Shown: positions 29,684 to 40,095, counted from the stretch's first letter. The stretch is 64,000 nt of DNA from Candidatus Poribacteria bacterium (GCA_965205015.1 OZ242029.1:2144001-2208000), one strand, 5' to 3'. The notes: generated from the letters alone by a model not told the origin. A program made the numbers and translations.

Positions 29684-32600
29684 ATGAAAAAACGAACACT
29701 CGTTTGTTTTTTGATTTTTACATTGTGTGTTCTTTACACTTCAATCCCGAACACTGTTTTCGGACAAGAAGCTTCCCTCGCCCAACAGGTGGCTGCAAAA
29801 TACAGCGAGTTGCTTCAACGTGAGGATATCCAAGCGGTTTTGCCAGATGTTCTGGAAGGCTTAAAATCAGACCAAATTCAAGGTATTTTGAGTGGAAATC
29901 CGGCACTTATTAGTACTGTCGTTGCTGCTCCGGATCTCTTACTGAATTTTGCGCCTGACACAGATCCGAAGTTCATAACACTTCTGAAAGAAGATAAAGA
30001 TCTTCAAGCGATGCTCAACGACCCACAAGTACAGTCTTTGCTTGCAGACGTAGCAGCGATTGACGAACTCGCAGGGTTGTTGAATGTTGGCGCACCTGTG
30101 GATACGCCGCCCGTAGATACACCACCTGTAGATACGCCGCCCGTAGATACACCACCTGTGGATACGCCGCCCGTAGATACACCACCTGTAGATACACCAC
30201 CTGTGGATACACCGCCTGTAGATACGCCACCTGTGGATACACCACCAATGCCCACAGAGAAAATGCCGATGGCAGATCCATTTGACACGATAATGCCCGA
30301 AAATGAGTTCCTTTTCGGTAAATCGCGTCTCGGGGGGCTTTCCCTCAACACAACTTCTGGAAGGCGGTTTGTAGAGGGGATGGCTGCTGCATTAGGCGTG
30401 CCTGTTGAAGCAGAAACCCTCGTGGATGCACTTCTTGCATTGGTGCCGCCAGAAGTTCCTTTTCCCAAAAAACAGGTGAAGCAGATTCTAACGACGAACG
30501 ATCAAGCCATCGCTTTCGCGAATGAAGCAAGCCAGTTAGATCCTGAGAACTTCGGAAATGCCATAACCCCGAATTTCAATGATTACGTCTTCTTAGACAA
30601 AAGCAGCAAACACCTCACCAGTGATAGCTTGCACCTTTATACACGTGTACCATCCGCAAACGTTGGTGGTGTTACCTTTAACCTCTCTGGGGGTAGAACT
30701 TATAAAGGTAAGCCGGTCACATTGGGTACTATTGGATCGGAGACCATCTCTTATACCTTCCGGTTGGAAGAAACACTCGCTGCTACCAACCTACCCGCAT
30801 GGCCCAGTTTAGACACCCAGTTGTTCTCTAATGTTGTTCTCCGCTATTCACAGACAGGGTTAAAAGGAGATTATATAGCGGTTGATATGCAGTCAGCAGT
30901 TACGAAAAACGGTGTCGTTTGGGAAAAAGAAATAGGCATTCCCCCGGGTGTCAGTGTCTACTATTACTTTGAAGTAACACTCCTTGAACCCGTGGAATTC
31001 ACGACGTTGAGTCGGGAAAAACTTGCTGAGATCATCCAGGATCCGCACACTGTTTCTTTTGAAAAGATCCTGGCTGCAACGACGGTCCTCCCAGTTGAGA
31101 ATTGGGCGATGCCTGATCCGCGTAACCTTCAGTTAGCCGATCGCGGTATTATTGACGCACTCTTCACCTCCGAGGTACGGGCTGAAATTCTCGGCATTTT
31201 GGGATCACCTCAAGCCCTTCCTATCGTTCAAAAGGTTCTCAACAAGGAAGAGGTTAGCCCCAGTGAGGTTTTCAGTGCGATCACGCCGAAGCAACAACGT
31301 AGACTTCAGAATCTATTGCTCCGCAATGCGAACAAACTGATGGCAAGTTTTGAGGCTTCATTTGATCCCTTGTTGGCTTCTGTCTTCACGGTGCCACGCA
31401 TCAATCCAGAAACGGAGTCAATTTGGGCTGTACACATCCCCAATATTGACGATGGTAACTATTACTTAGAGGCACTCGTCCACGGTGCCGACGGAAATCC
31501 GGTGGATCAGATTCAAGAAACTTTCACTGTTGATACCAGTGCACCCGAGGCAGACATCACGATCGAACCCAATGATGCGAATACTGCCGTTTACCAGAAC
31601 AGCGAAGGGATCTACGTTGCCACTGCTGTTGATGCGCCCGTAATGCTCAACATTATGGGCATGCCCAAGCCCGCTTACGCAGGACAAGGCGTAGGCCGAA
31701 GCGAAGGATACCTGTTCTATCAACAGGTTGGACTCGATGCCCATGGCATGCCGACAAGCACATGGATGCCATTGACAGTTGAGAATACCATGTTGTCGTC
31801 ACGGCTGTGGATGGAAGTCCTTAAGCACAATCCAAAACAGATGGTTTCTCTCGCAAAGCAATTGCAACCGCAGCTTGTTGGTGGACTTGACGATGCGTCA
31901 ATACTCAATCTCTTAAAGGCGCAGAATCCTGAGGCAATATTGGCACTGATCTCACCGACGGACATCCAAACGCAAGCCAATAATTTCTTTAAAGATTTAG
32001 GGATAAAGGATTTCACGCTAACCGATGCCCAGGCTGCAGCGATACGCCAGGCTTTAGGTGCCTCGGTGAAAATTGTCGATCATCTCGTGCCGATTACCTA
32101 TAGCGATCCAGATAATACCGTGGTGATGCCTATCCTGCAAGGGATGTATGGCGACTACGGCATTCGGGCAATGGGGATTGATACGCTTTTCAACGTCGGT
32201 TCCTATGCTGAACCCACACGGCTTAGAGTTGTTATGCCAGATCCCGACAAAGCAAGCGTTACAGCCGCCAGTATCGGCGACCGAAACGGGGATGGCGATG
32301 CCAACGAACCCTACGAAAGCGGAACCATCTTCTCGAACACCACAGATGGTGTGATGTTGACTATCACCTTGGATAAGCGCACAGTCCACCCCGCAGCCAT
32401 TAGGGTGGAATACATGGACGCAAACGGTGCCTGGCAGTCAATCGGCGAAGAAATGTTCGATGAAGGCGAAGGCGAAACAGGATCAACCTTTGAAGTCAGG
32501 TGGGATGTCACCGATTTTGATGCGTTAGTGAGCGCGGGAGATTCTGTCATGGTGCGTGCAGTCGCAATGAATCGCCTTGGAATCTCCGATCCCGATCCAA

Positions 32601-35548
32601 TGCAGTTCTCAATCAAGTTGGATGCGGGCGTGCATCCTGTTGACCTTGAGATTCTGGCACTCGTCCTCAACGCTGAATCCATTACGAAAACAAATCCAGA
32701 TAGTGGTGCCCCACAAGGCACGGTCGTTATTGATGGATATACGCCACAACGGACATATCCAGAGACTGCCTCCCTCAAGTTGATGATTGGCGATGAAGTC
32801 GTTGGCACAGCCGATACAGGTGTTCTCGCGACCGCAGAAGAGGTCGCAGCATTACAGCAGAATACCGACTTTATCACGGATCTCGTTGCGGTTGCAGCGG
32901 AAGCGACAGCCATGGATGCGCTATCAGGGAAACCGATCTACTATCCAACCTATCTGAAATGGTCGGCTGAAGTAGATACAACAGCTCTGGAAGATACCAT
33001 CACAGCCGAGAGTGACGCCGCACGCGACGCCTCTAAGGATGACAGCCAGTATATGGTAACTGCGGTCGCAATGACCAGCGGTGGTGAGGAAAGAGCAGGA
33101 CGTCCAGGCGCAAAGACGCATCTATCGGTTGACAACGTTGACGATGTCGCCCCACTCGGGCCAACAACCATTGTCGCTGTCGCCGATGTCGCAGGGGCTA
33201 TTGAAGCTGACGCAGATGGCAACTACACAGTCGGTGGCATCGTTGATGAAACAGTTCCATCACCGATAGCAACGTATACCGCTGAACCGACTGCCGACCC
33301 GAGCACGTATGCCTCAATTCAGTTAGTTCAAGTCGATGCCGATGGCAACGAGACCATGATCGATGGTGAAGTCGGAATGCTGGACGTTACCACCGATGTC
33401 GGGATGCTTGGAAATGGCGCTTATATGATCCACGCCCTTGCAGTCGACGAAGCCGGTAATGTGCAAACCGATGAATCGCCACAAATCACGGTGAACGTGC
33501 TGAACTTCCGAGTCGCTGATGTCGCTCAGTTGAAAGTTACAGCCGTTGACGGTGTGGATGTTCTCAGAACGCCACAGGAACCGATTCCACTTCGGAGTTC
33601 ACTGACTTTCGGCTTTAATGTTGACAACGGTTCGTTAGATGCTGAAGAACTTAGCGGTTCTGTTGATGGCAGTGACGTGCCAAGCGAAAGTGCCGAAGAT
33701 CCTGAAAATACCTTCTCACTCATGGTAGATGTTTCAGAGGTACCCAACGACGGACTGTATACACCGAATGCCGTTGTTACCAAACGGAACGGTTCGGTGG
33801 GTTTCCCATTGAAAGAAATCAATCTGGATCGCACACCTCCAATGGTCGAAATTCAAACGCCTTCGGAAGACGCTACAGTCGCGAGTTTGCCAACCGTTCA
33901 TGCAACCTATAACGATGGTGACGGTAGTGGTACCGACAGCAACGGTAAGGAAGCCTTATCGTGGGCAACTACGGAACTATCTGCCGGTCCAACAGTCGGT
34001 ATAACACGCATCCACCCCGAAGCAGGGGATGTTGATGTCGCAGTCGATCAGGATGCTATTGAAACGGATAACGGCACGTTGGTCTATACCCGGACTGATA
34101 GACTCGGTGGTGGGGCGTATCGCGTAACCGTGCAAGTTGCCGATATACTCGGAAACGTCGGTAAAGCCTCCCGTGAGTTCGCTATCGAAGGGACTCCTGC
34201 AGACACAACACCGCCAGTCATCGCTGAAGTGGCTCCGTCTGGATCTATTAATGCCACCGACTTGGCTTCATCTGAATTTACCAAGGTCTCCGATGAAGAG
34301 GCTCTTATTAAGGTAAACCTTTCAGCGGTTGTGTCCGATGTCGAATCCAGCGTTGTAAGTGTGAAGTTCCGTGTAGATGACAAACCGTTTCTCTCTGTAC
34401 CGCGTATAAACATCAAAGAAGGTGCGCGAGTTGAGTTTGTCCTCGGACCAGGTACCCACACCGCAACAGTGTCCGCAACCAGCCAAGGCGGCACAACGGA
34501 ACATACGTGGACATTCGACATAATCTTTGATCAGGTCGCACCTACGATCACCTCCATTACGCCAACAGGAACTATCCGTGCTGGGCTCCCAACAATTTCG
34601 GTGAGTGCCAACGATGAATCAGGTGTTGATGAAATCAATCTTGTCCTGATGGATAGCAATGGGAAAGAGGTGAAAGGTGATACTCAAGATGATGGTGAAA
34701 GAGGTATTGAAGGTATCACACGCTTGGATTTCATGCCTGAAGAACCTCTCGATGAGGGAACTTACACGATTGAAGTCCGCGCAACCGATGCAAGCGGTAA
34801 CTCTGCCACAGCAAAGGGTGGTTTCACAATCGACTTTGATACTGCCGCTCCGGTTATCACGATGTCGTCTCCACAACAGGATGCACGACTCATATTGGAG
34901 AGCGGTGATGAAGCTCCGACGGTTTCGGTAACCTATACCGATTCCGAATCCGGTGTAAATGTTGAATCCATCGTCTTGGCAATTGAGGGACCTATATTCA
35001 AGTCTACCCGGAGTGGGGATACGATTAACCTAAAGCCCGAACAGAAGTCGGCAAGTCAGGTTATGTATACCCTTCCGCTGAATACAAATACCCCTCCAGC
35101 AGGCTGGATCGGGAAATACGTGGTAAGGCTTGAAGTGTCTGACAACGCGCATCTGGAGGGCAATGTCTCTGAAAAGAGTAGCGGTGCCCGTGAAGCGAAC
35201 ACGACAGTCCACGAGTTTAGTTTCTTTGTTGAGCACGACGGAGGTCCAATATTCGTAGCACCTCCAATGAACGTGCCCAATCCATTCACGGATAGAACCG
35301 ATATTTCCTTTGGGTTAGCTCGGCAGTCTATCGTGAGCATTGTTGTTTATGACATAACACTCCGTCCAGTTCGAGTGCTTATGGATAACGAGATGCGGGA
35401 TGCAGGCAAAAATGCGATCCGTTGGGATGGAACTAGCTCTAATGGTGAAGATTTAGCTCGAGGGGTCTACTTCTGTCAAATTATGGTGACAGATGGTGAA
35501 GATTTCGAGCCTGAATATGCCATTCTCAAAATCGCACTGACGCGCTAA
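29684..35548 (+). CDS. Large secreted/surface protein: signal peptide, PVDTP linker, Ig-like (Big) domains, C-terminal FlgD-Ig/T9SS-like sorting domain
   Basis: GAGGAGG RBS; MKKR signal peptide; DTSAP/DTTPP/DTAAP Big boundaries; NVPNPF...VYD...WDG..GE.LARGVYF. Confidence 0.85.
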   Translation: MKKRTLVCFLIFTLCVLYTSIPNTVFGQEASLAQQVAAKYSELLQREDIQAVLPDVLEGLKSDQIQGILSGNPALISTVVAAPDLLLNFAPDTDPKFITLLKEDKDLQAMLNDPQVQSLLADVAAIDELAGLLNVGAPVDTPPVDTPPVDTPPVDTPPVDTPPVDTPPVDTPPVDTPPVDTPPVDTPPMPTEKMPMADPFDTIMPENEFLFGKSRLGGLSLNTTSGRRFVEGMAAALGVPVEAETLVDALLALVPPEVPFPKKQVKQILTTNDQAIAFANEASQLDPENFGNAITPNFNDYVFLDKSSKHLTSDSLHLYTRVPSANVGGVTFNLSGGRTYKGKPVTLGTIGSETISYTFRLEETLAATNLPAWPSLDTQLFSNVVLRYSQTGLKGDYIAVDMQSAVTKNGVVWEKEIGIPPGVSVYYYFEVTLLEPVEFTTLSREKLAEIIQDPHTVSFEKILAATTVLPVENWAMPDPRNLQLADRGIIDALFTSEVRAEILGILGSPQALPIVQKVLNKEEVSPSEVFSAITPKQQRRLQNLLLRNANKLMASFEASFDPLLASVFTVPRINPETESIWAVHIPNIDDGNYYLEALVHGADGNPVDQIQETFTVDTSAPEADITIEPNDANTAVYQNSEGIYVATAVDAPVMLNIMGMPKPAYAGQGVGRSEGYLFYQQVGLDAHGMPTSTWMPLTVENTMLSSRLWMEVLKHNPKQMVSLAKQLQPQLVGGLDDASILNLLKAQNPEAILALISPTDIQTQANNFFKDLGIKDFTLTDAQAAAIRQALGASVKIVDHLVPITYSDPDNTVVMPILQGMYGDYGIRAMGIDTLFNVGSYAEPTRLRVVMPDPDKASVTAASIGDRNGDGDANEPYESGTIFSNTTDGVMLTITLDKRTVHPAAIRVEYMDANGAWQSIGEEMFDEGEGETGSTFEVRWDVTDFDALVSAGDSVMVRAVAMNRLGISDPDPMQFSIKLDAGVHPVDLEILALVLNAESITKTNPDSGAPQGTVVIDGYTPQRTYPETASLKLMIGDEVVGTADTGVLATAEEVAALQQNTDFITDLVAVAAEATAMDALSGKPIYYPTYLKWSAEVDTTALEDTITAESDAARDASKDDSQYMVTAVAMTSGGEERAGRPGAKTHLSVDNVDDVAPLGPTTIVAVADVAGAIEADADGNYTVGGIVDETVPSPIATYTAEPTADPSTYASIQLVQVDADGNETMIDGEVGMLDVTTDVGMLGNGAYMIHALAVDEAGNVQTDESPQITVNVLNFRVADVAQLKVTAVDGVDVLRTPQEPIPLRSSLTFGFNVDNGSLDAEELSGSVDGSDVPSESAEDPENTFSLMVDVSEVPNDGLYTPNAVVTKRNGSVGFPLKEINLDRTPPMVEIQTPSEDATVASLPTVHATYNDGDGSGTDSNGKEALSWATTELSAGPTVGITRIHPEAGDVDVAVDQDAIETDNGTLVYTRTDRLGGGAYRVTVQVADILGNVGKASREFAIEGTPADTTPPVIAEVAPSGSINATDLASSEFTKVSDEEALIKVNLSAVVSDVESSVVSVKFRVDDKPFLSVPRINIKEGARVEFVLGPGTHTATVSATSQGGTTEHTWTFDIIFDQVAPTITSITPTGTIRAGLPTISVSANDESGVDEINLVLMDSNGKEVKGDTQDDGERGIEGITRLDFMPEEPLDEGTYTIEVRATDASGNSATAKGGFTIDFDTAAPVITMSSPQQDARLILESGDEAPTVSVTYTDSESGVNVESIVLAIEGPIFKSTRSGDTINLKPEQKSASQVMYTLPLNTNTPPAGWIGKYVVRLEVSDNAHLEGNVSEKSSGAREANTTVHEFSFFVEHDGGPIFVAPPMNVPNPFTDRTDISFGLARQSIVSIVVYDITLRPVRVLMDNEMRDAGKNAIRWDGTSSNGEDLARGVYFCQIMVTDGEDFEPEYAILKIALTR
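30095..30244 (+). repeat. 10 x 15-bp coding tandem repeat (PVDTP)
   Basis: ccy gtr gat acr ccr repeated ten times. Confidence 0.95.
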
Positions 35549-35566
35549 GTAAATGGCAGTCTGCAT

Positions 35567-35598
35567 ATCGGGAATTGGACATCTGTCCAGTTCCCGAT
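35567..35598. repeat. Intergenic stem-loop without U-tract
   Basis: atcgggaattggaca-tc-tgtccagttcccgat. Confidence 0.7.
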
Positions 35599-35620
35599 GT
35601 GGACACTGAAGGAGGATATA

Positions 35621-36619
35621 ATGTTAATGACAGAGCAAATCGCTAAATGGGTTTCCAAACAGGGCCCGAAATTGCTATGCGGTTTAATACCACTTTTCTT
35701 TCTTATCCTAACGGTGTCACCGGTCAGCTTTGCCGGGGTGAATGCCATGCCGCATTTACGGCTTGGTGCTGGTGCACGCTCGATCGGCATGGGGGGTGCT
35801 TTCACAGCTATCGCCGATGATGCCACCGCAACCGTTTGGAACCCAGCAGGACTCGGCTCCGCAGCGGATTTAAGTCTCAACTTTTCGACGCAGCAACTCG
35901 ATCTGGATAGGAGCCATAACTTCATCGCACTGACGAAAGCACTCGGTTCGGCAGGGTCTATCGGACTTGCTGTCACAAATGCCGGCGTGAGTGGTATCCC
36001 ACAATATAGTAAAAACGCGAAATATGGTGGCACATTCAACTATAGTGCCAACGCCTATTCCCTCTCCTACGGCATTGGTTTCGGAAACTTCGGTATCGGT
36101 TTAACTGGTCGCATGTTGGCAGATAACTTTGGCGTAGAAGGGGTTGAGAACCAGAGTGGGTTTGGCGGTGTAGATGTCGGACTCATGGGACATGCCTTGC
36201 ACATAGATGTCGGCGAAGAAAAGGTCCCGACTTTCCATTACGGACTCGCTGTGAAATATTTAGGGGCAGCCCTTGGTGAAGATACCGTGCCGATGGTGAT
36301 TAGCGTCGGTGCAGCCTATAACCTCTATGTAGGTAACGTTGTCACATTCGCAGCCGATCTCGAGCAAGAGATGGTCAATCTTGACGAGAGCGCGACAAGT
36401 CTAAGACTTGGTACTGAATATACCATTGTCACTTACAAATCCACCGCACTTGCTATCAGAGGTGGAGTCAGAGCGTCACGCGATACCCAAAATCTCTTCG
36501 GAGGATTTGGCGTAAACATCGGCGGTCTGCAGATTGACTATGCTATTCAAGATGGTATGGCGAGTGAAATTAACGGTGTCGGATCGACTCACTTTGCGTC
36601 CCTCTCTTATAGATTTTAA
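35621..36619 (+). CDS. PorV/PorQ (UPF0164)-like outer-membrane beta-barrel
   Basis: LRLGAGARSIGMGGAFTAIADDATATVWNPAGL; C-terminal SYRF. Confidence 0.85.
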   Translation: MLMTEQIAKWVSKQGPKLLCGLIPLFFLILTVSPVSFAGVNAMPHLRLGAGARSIGMGGAFTAIADDATATVWNPAGLGSAADLSLNFSTQQLDLDRSHNFIALTKALGSAGSIGLAVTNAGVSGIPQYSKNAKYGGTFNYSANAYSLSYGIGFGNFGIGLTGRMLADNFGVEGVENQSGFGGVDVGLMGHALHIDVGEEKVPTFHYGLAVKYLGAALGEDTVPMVISVGAAYNLYVGNVVTFAADLEQEMVNLDESATSLRLGTEYTIVTYKSTALAIRGGVRASRDTQNLFGGFGVNIGGLQIDYAIQDGMASEINGVGSTHFASLSYRF

Positions 36620-36631
36620 AGGAGATAACTG

Positions 36632-37489
36632 ATGAAAATGATAAGAGGCACACTGAAGTTGGCACTAATTCTGTACATTTGCGCAGCACTCAGTGGAGTT
36701 TACGTGTTATCCGCATCTGCGAAAATCACACCCCATGACGGGGACGAAAGCACGACGCTCATCACCATTGTAAAAGGGGATACCCTCTGGGATCTCTGCC
36801 AGGAACACCTCAAGGACCCACTCCGGTGGCGCGAACTGAGCAAGTATAACGACTTCACTAACCCACACCTCATCTATCCCGGCGAAGAATTGCGTATTCC
36901 AATCGCTATGATGAAAGAGGTTAAGGAGATTGCTGAAGAAGAACTTGTCGCGCAGCAGGAGGCGCTTGAAAAACTAAGGGCGGAGTTAGCCGAATCCGAA
37001 GCGACGCGGGATAAACTCGAAGCAGAAATTAACGGACTCAACAAGAGTATGGACGAACTCAAGGCACAAATTGATGCACTTGAGGCAAGTCTAAAATCAC
37101 AAGAAAAGTTAATGGCTGCTGTAAGTCAATCTGGTGACGCAATCTCTTCGAGTATCAAGGAAGCCTTGGCAGCGAAAAAAGCGGCTATCATTGACAAGAT
37201 TGCCCACCTTGACGAGCGTCTCGCAGGCATCGAGAAGATGATCAAAGAGCACACAATGGCAGAGGCGGCAACACGCGAACTCATTGAATCCATCGAAGGG
37301 AACGTGAAGATGTTTTTGGCGAGTATTGAAGCCAACCAAAAGGCAATCAACGAAGTCAAAATGATACTTAAGGATGCCAAAGGTGTCCACGAGGAACTCT
37401 CCTCATCTAAACGCGCTCTGGTGTTTCTGACGACTGTGGCAGCAGGCGTCGGCTTGTTTGCTATCAACGCCATCGGTGGACGCGAATAA
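36632..37489 (+). CDS. LysM-domain coiled-coil protein with C-terminal TM anchor
   Basis: IVKGDTLWDL...NPHLIYPGEELRIP; long heptad region; hydrophobic C-terminus. Confidence 0.85.
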   Translation: MKMIRGTLKLALILYICAALSGVYVLSASAKITPHDGDESTTLITIVKGDTLWDLCQEHLKDPLRWRELSKYNDFTNPHLIYPGEELRIPIAMMKEVKEIAEEELVAQQEALEKLRAELAESEATRDKLEAEINGLNKSMDELKAQIDALEASLKSQEKLMAAVSQSGDAISSSIKEALAAKKAAIIDKIAHLDERLAGIEKMIKEHTMAEAATRELIESIEGNVKMFLASIEANQKAINEVKMILKDAKGVHEELSSSKRALVFLTTVAAGVGLFAINAIGGRE

Positions 37490-37508
37490 GCGAAACCCAT
37501 CACCTTTT

Positions 37509-37547
37509 AGGCAGGGAGGGTGTTTCAAACACCTCCCTGCCTTTTTT
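37509..37547 (+). terminator. Intrinsic terminator
   Basis: aggcagggagg...cctccctgcc followed by a T-run. Confidence 0.8.
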
Positions 37548-37582
37548 ATACAATTCGCTACGCAGCAAAGACCCTGTCCGTT

Positions 37583-37609
37583 GCTGGCGAGGTTTCAAAC
37601 CTCGCCAGC
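37583..37609. repeat. REP-like perfect palindrome
   Basis: gctggcgaggttt-c-aaacctcgccagc. Confidence 0.65.
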
Positions 37610-37635
37610 GGTGTGTGGGCAAAGGTCCTGGGTAT

Positions 37636-38256
37636 ATGTCATCAAGTATCGCTAAATATCCTCGGGGAAACACCCAAGCAAAAACACCACCCTTCACGCA
37701 GGCAATCAAACTTTACGGCGATAGAACGGGGAGTAAGGGGACCTTTAGATTCGCCGGTCTCGCGTGGATACAGGACACCAGAGTCGTTCTTGTACAAGGC
37801 GACGCACAAAGCCTGAACGATGCTGCGGAGTGGCGATGTTTTCTACGATTAACGACACTGGCACATCGCCTCAAAAAGCCTATTCTTCTATGGAATCTCC
37901 CCCTTGTACACATCGCGACAGTCCAACGTCGAACCTCATTAGAGTGTGCACAGGCAATTCAGAACGCTGAATTGGAACTCTTAAAATTGCCATACCCTAT
38001 CATCACAGTTTTCGATGAAGCTTATGACAGCACTTACGCGTATCCGGAACTTATATGGAACGACGGCGTTGTACTCGTGACACCACCGGATGCACAGTTT
38101 TCTGAACACGAAAAGGTGAAAATCGCACGGCACGCAACGGACATTGGATCCGCAATTTTGGAACTCCTCTGTCAAGCAGAAACGATTCCTGCCTCAGAAT
38201 TAATCAAAAATCGGCAAGAGTCCTTACGGCTTGCAGCGAAAAGCGGGAATAGTTAG
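37636..38256 (+). CDS. Divergent AccA-like (carboxyltransferase alpha fold) protein
   Basis: KLYGDR, AGLAWIQD, LRLTTLAHRLKKPIL and AQAIQNA..L.YPIITV align by eye with AccA. Confidence 0.5.
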   Translation: MSSSIAKYPRGNTQAKTPPFTQAIKLYGDRTGSKGTFRFAGLAWIQDTRVVLVQGDAQSLNDAAEWRCFLRLTTLAHRLKKPILLWNLPLVHIATVQRRTSLECAQAIQNAELELLKLPYPIITVFDEAYDSTYAYPELIWNDGVVLVTPPDAQFSEHEKVKIARHATDIGSAILELLCQAETIPASELIKNRQESLRLAAKSGNS

Positions 38257-38389
38257 CAGTTTGGAATGCGTAAAGGACACGCAGCCTGCAACAACGGCGC
38301 AGGCGGATATGAGGAACGCATTTGATAGTTCCAACGCCCGTTGTTCCTCCGCAAGGTAAAATTAAAAATCCGCAAGGAACCATTAAAAA

Positions 38390-39013
38390 ATGTTTGAAGC
38401 GAAATTAAAACCTCGACTTGAAATGATCCTCTCTGTCATAGCAAATAAGATGGTCGCAATCGGTATTACAGCGAATATGGTGACACTCTTCGGGTTCCTC
38501 GTGAACCTCATCGCGACCTTTTACTTTGCAACAGGTCGTCTCGTCACCGGCGGAATTCTGATTCTGTTTGGGGGGAGTTTTGATATGATAGACGGGGCAG
38601 TCGCACGCGCACAGAGAAATTCACGCGCATCCGGCGCACTCTTGGACTCCGTCATTGATCGATACTCGGAAGGCTTCCTTCTCCTTGGAGCCCTTATCTA
38701 CTTTTACGGTTTGGAAAGTCTACTTGGGATAGTTCTCGCATTCAGCGCATGGTTCGGTTCAATACTCGTCAGCTATGTTAGGGCAAGGGCGGAGGGACTT
38801 CGGGTGACCTGCAAGGTAGGACTCATGCAACGACCGGAACGTATTATTTTACTCGGGGCTGGAACCGTGCTACAAGGGGCACTCTTACACAAACTTCCCT
38901 ACCTCCAAAGTACAGGCATGATTCTACTTTGTACACTCGGTATACTCACACTCACTTCACATATTACCGCTATCCACCGCCTTATCTTTTCGTATCAAGA
39001 GTTGAGCCGCTAA
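38390..39013 (+). CDS. CDP-alcohol phosphatidyltransferase (PI/PIP-synthase-like)
   Basis: DMIDGAVAR..GALLDSVIDR, SYVRARAEG, QRPER. Confidence 0.9.
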   Translation: MFEAKLKPRLEMILSVIANKMVAIGITANMVTLFGFLVNLIATFYFATGRLVTGGILILFGGSFDMIDGAVARAQRNSRASGALLDSVIDRYSEGFLLLGALIYFYGLESLLGIVLAFSAWFGSILVSYVRARAEGLRVTCKVGLMQRPERIILLGAGTVLQGALLHKLPYLQSTGMILLCTLGILTLTSHITAIHRLIFSYQELSR

Positions 39014-39804
39014 CCGAGTCCAAGCACGGATATAATATCTAAGTTAAAAGGCTTTAACGCTAAGTTCACCGAAAAAACCAAAACAGCTACAACAAGCACC
39101 ACTTTAATCCATTTATCACCTTTTTCGACTGCCCAATGGCTGCCAATCCATGCCCCCGTAGCATTCCCTATTGCTAACGTCACACCTAAGCGCCAATCGA
39201 CCTGCTTTTCCATGATAAAAATGCCGAGGGCAAGCACGGTGTAAAAGAAGATAACTAAAACTTTAATCGCATTCGTCCGAACGAGATCAATACCCGTCAA
39301 AAGGCGCAGTGCCGTTATAACAAGCAGCCCCACGCCTGCTTGGATAAACCCACCATAAATTCCAATAAGAAAGAACGCAACCATCGCGAGGACTGTAGAA
39401 CCTGTACCCCTACTTTCAATCCTGTCCTTTAACCGTGCTGTCGGATTCAGCAGTGTTAACCCGAGCATAATGAGCATCACGGCTGCGAGGATAAATTGAA
39501 ACAGGGCTGCATCCGTACCAATCGCAATTTTAGCACCTATCCCCGCACCGATAACTGCAGGAACAGCGAGTAAGATGCCATACCGAAAATCAGAGACCCC
39601 CTTACGCCGGAAACCCATAATGGCGCTGAGGTTTTGGAAGAAAATAGCGATCCGATTTGTGCCGTTTGCTAATGTCGGATCCGAGGTGAGGAAGATAAGC
39701 ATTGGAAGTGCCAACAACGAGCCTCCCGCAGCGACTGTGTTTAAAAAACCTGCGGCAATGCCTGTACCAAACAGCAAGACCGTGTGCAAAAGGTTAAAAT
39801 CCAC
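39010..39804 (-). CDS. TauE/SafE sulfite exporter family
   Basis: AGFLNTVAAGGS, ANGTNR, GIYGGFIQAGVG. Confidence 0.88.
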   Translation of the reverse strand: MDFNLLHTVLLFGTGIAAGFLNTVAAGGSLLALPMLIFLTSDPTLANGTNRIAIFFQNLSAIMGFRRKGVSDFRYGILLAVPAVIGAGIGAKIAIGTDAALFQFILAAVMLIMLGLTLLNPTARLKDRIESRGTGSTVLAMVAFFLIGIYGGFIQAGVGLLVITALRLLTGIDLVRTNAIKVLVIFFYTVLALGIFIMEKQVDWRLGVTLAIGNATGAWIGSHWAVEKGDKWIKVVLVVAVLVFSVNLALKPFNLDIISVLGLG

Positions 39805-39813
39805 TTTATGCCC

Positions 39814-40095
39814 CTATTGTTTCCCCTTTTTTGATGAATTGGAGAGTATTTGGCGATATTTCGCAAAACCGATGAGAGCGAGAGCAACAATATTACCGAA
39901 AACAATGGCACTTCCAAATCCCGCAATTACCAAAAAACTACCGATCCGAAGAATTCCATCTCCAAACGGACACTGCCAGTCTAAAATAAAAATAGCCACG
40001 ACAGGAATCAGCGTGCCAAGTATGAACCCTATTCCCGCAGCAGCACCAGCAACGTTCTGAAATTTTTTTACCATCGGTAGCTGCACTTCAAACAT
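39814..40095 (-). CDS. Hypothetical small membrane protein
   Basis: Two hydrophobic helices; co-oriented with neighbours. Confidence 0.55.
   Translation of the reverse strand: MFEVQLPMVKKFQNVAGAAAGIGFILGTLIPVVAIFILDWQCPFGDGILRIGSFLVIAGFGSAIVFGNIVALALIGFAKYRQILSNSSKKGKQ

Noticed and set aside
30095-30244. Possible CRISPR array
   Set aside because: No spacers; variation only at third codon positions of an in-frame PVDTP repeat; no cas genes
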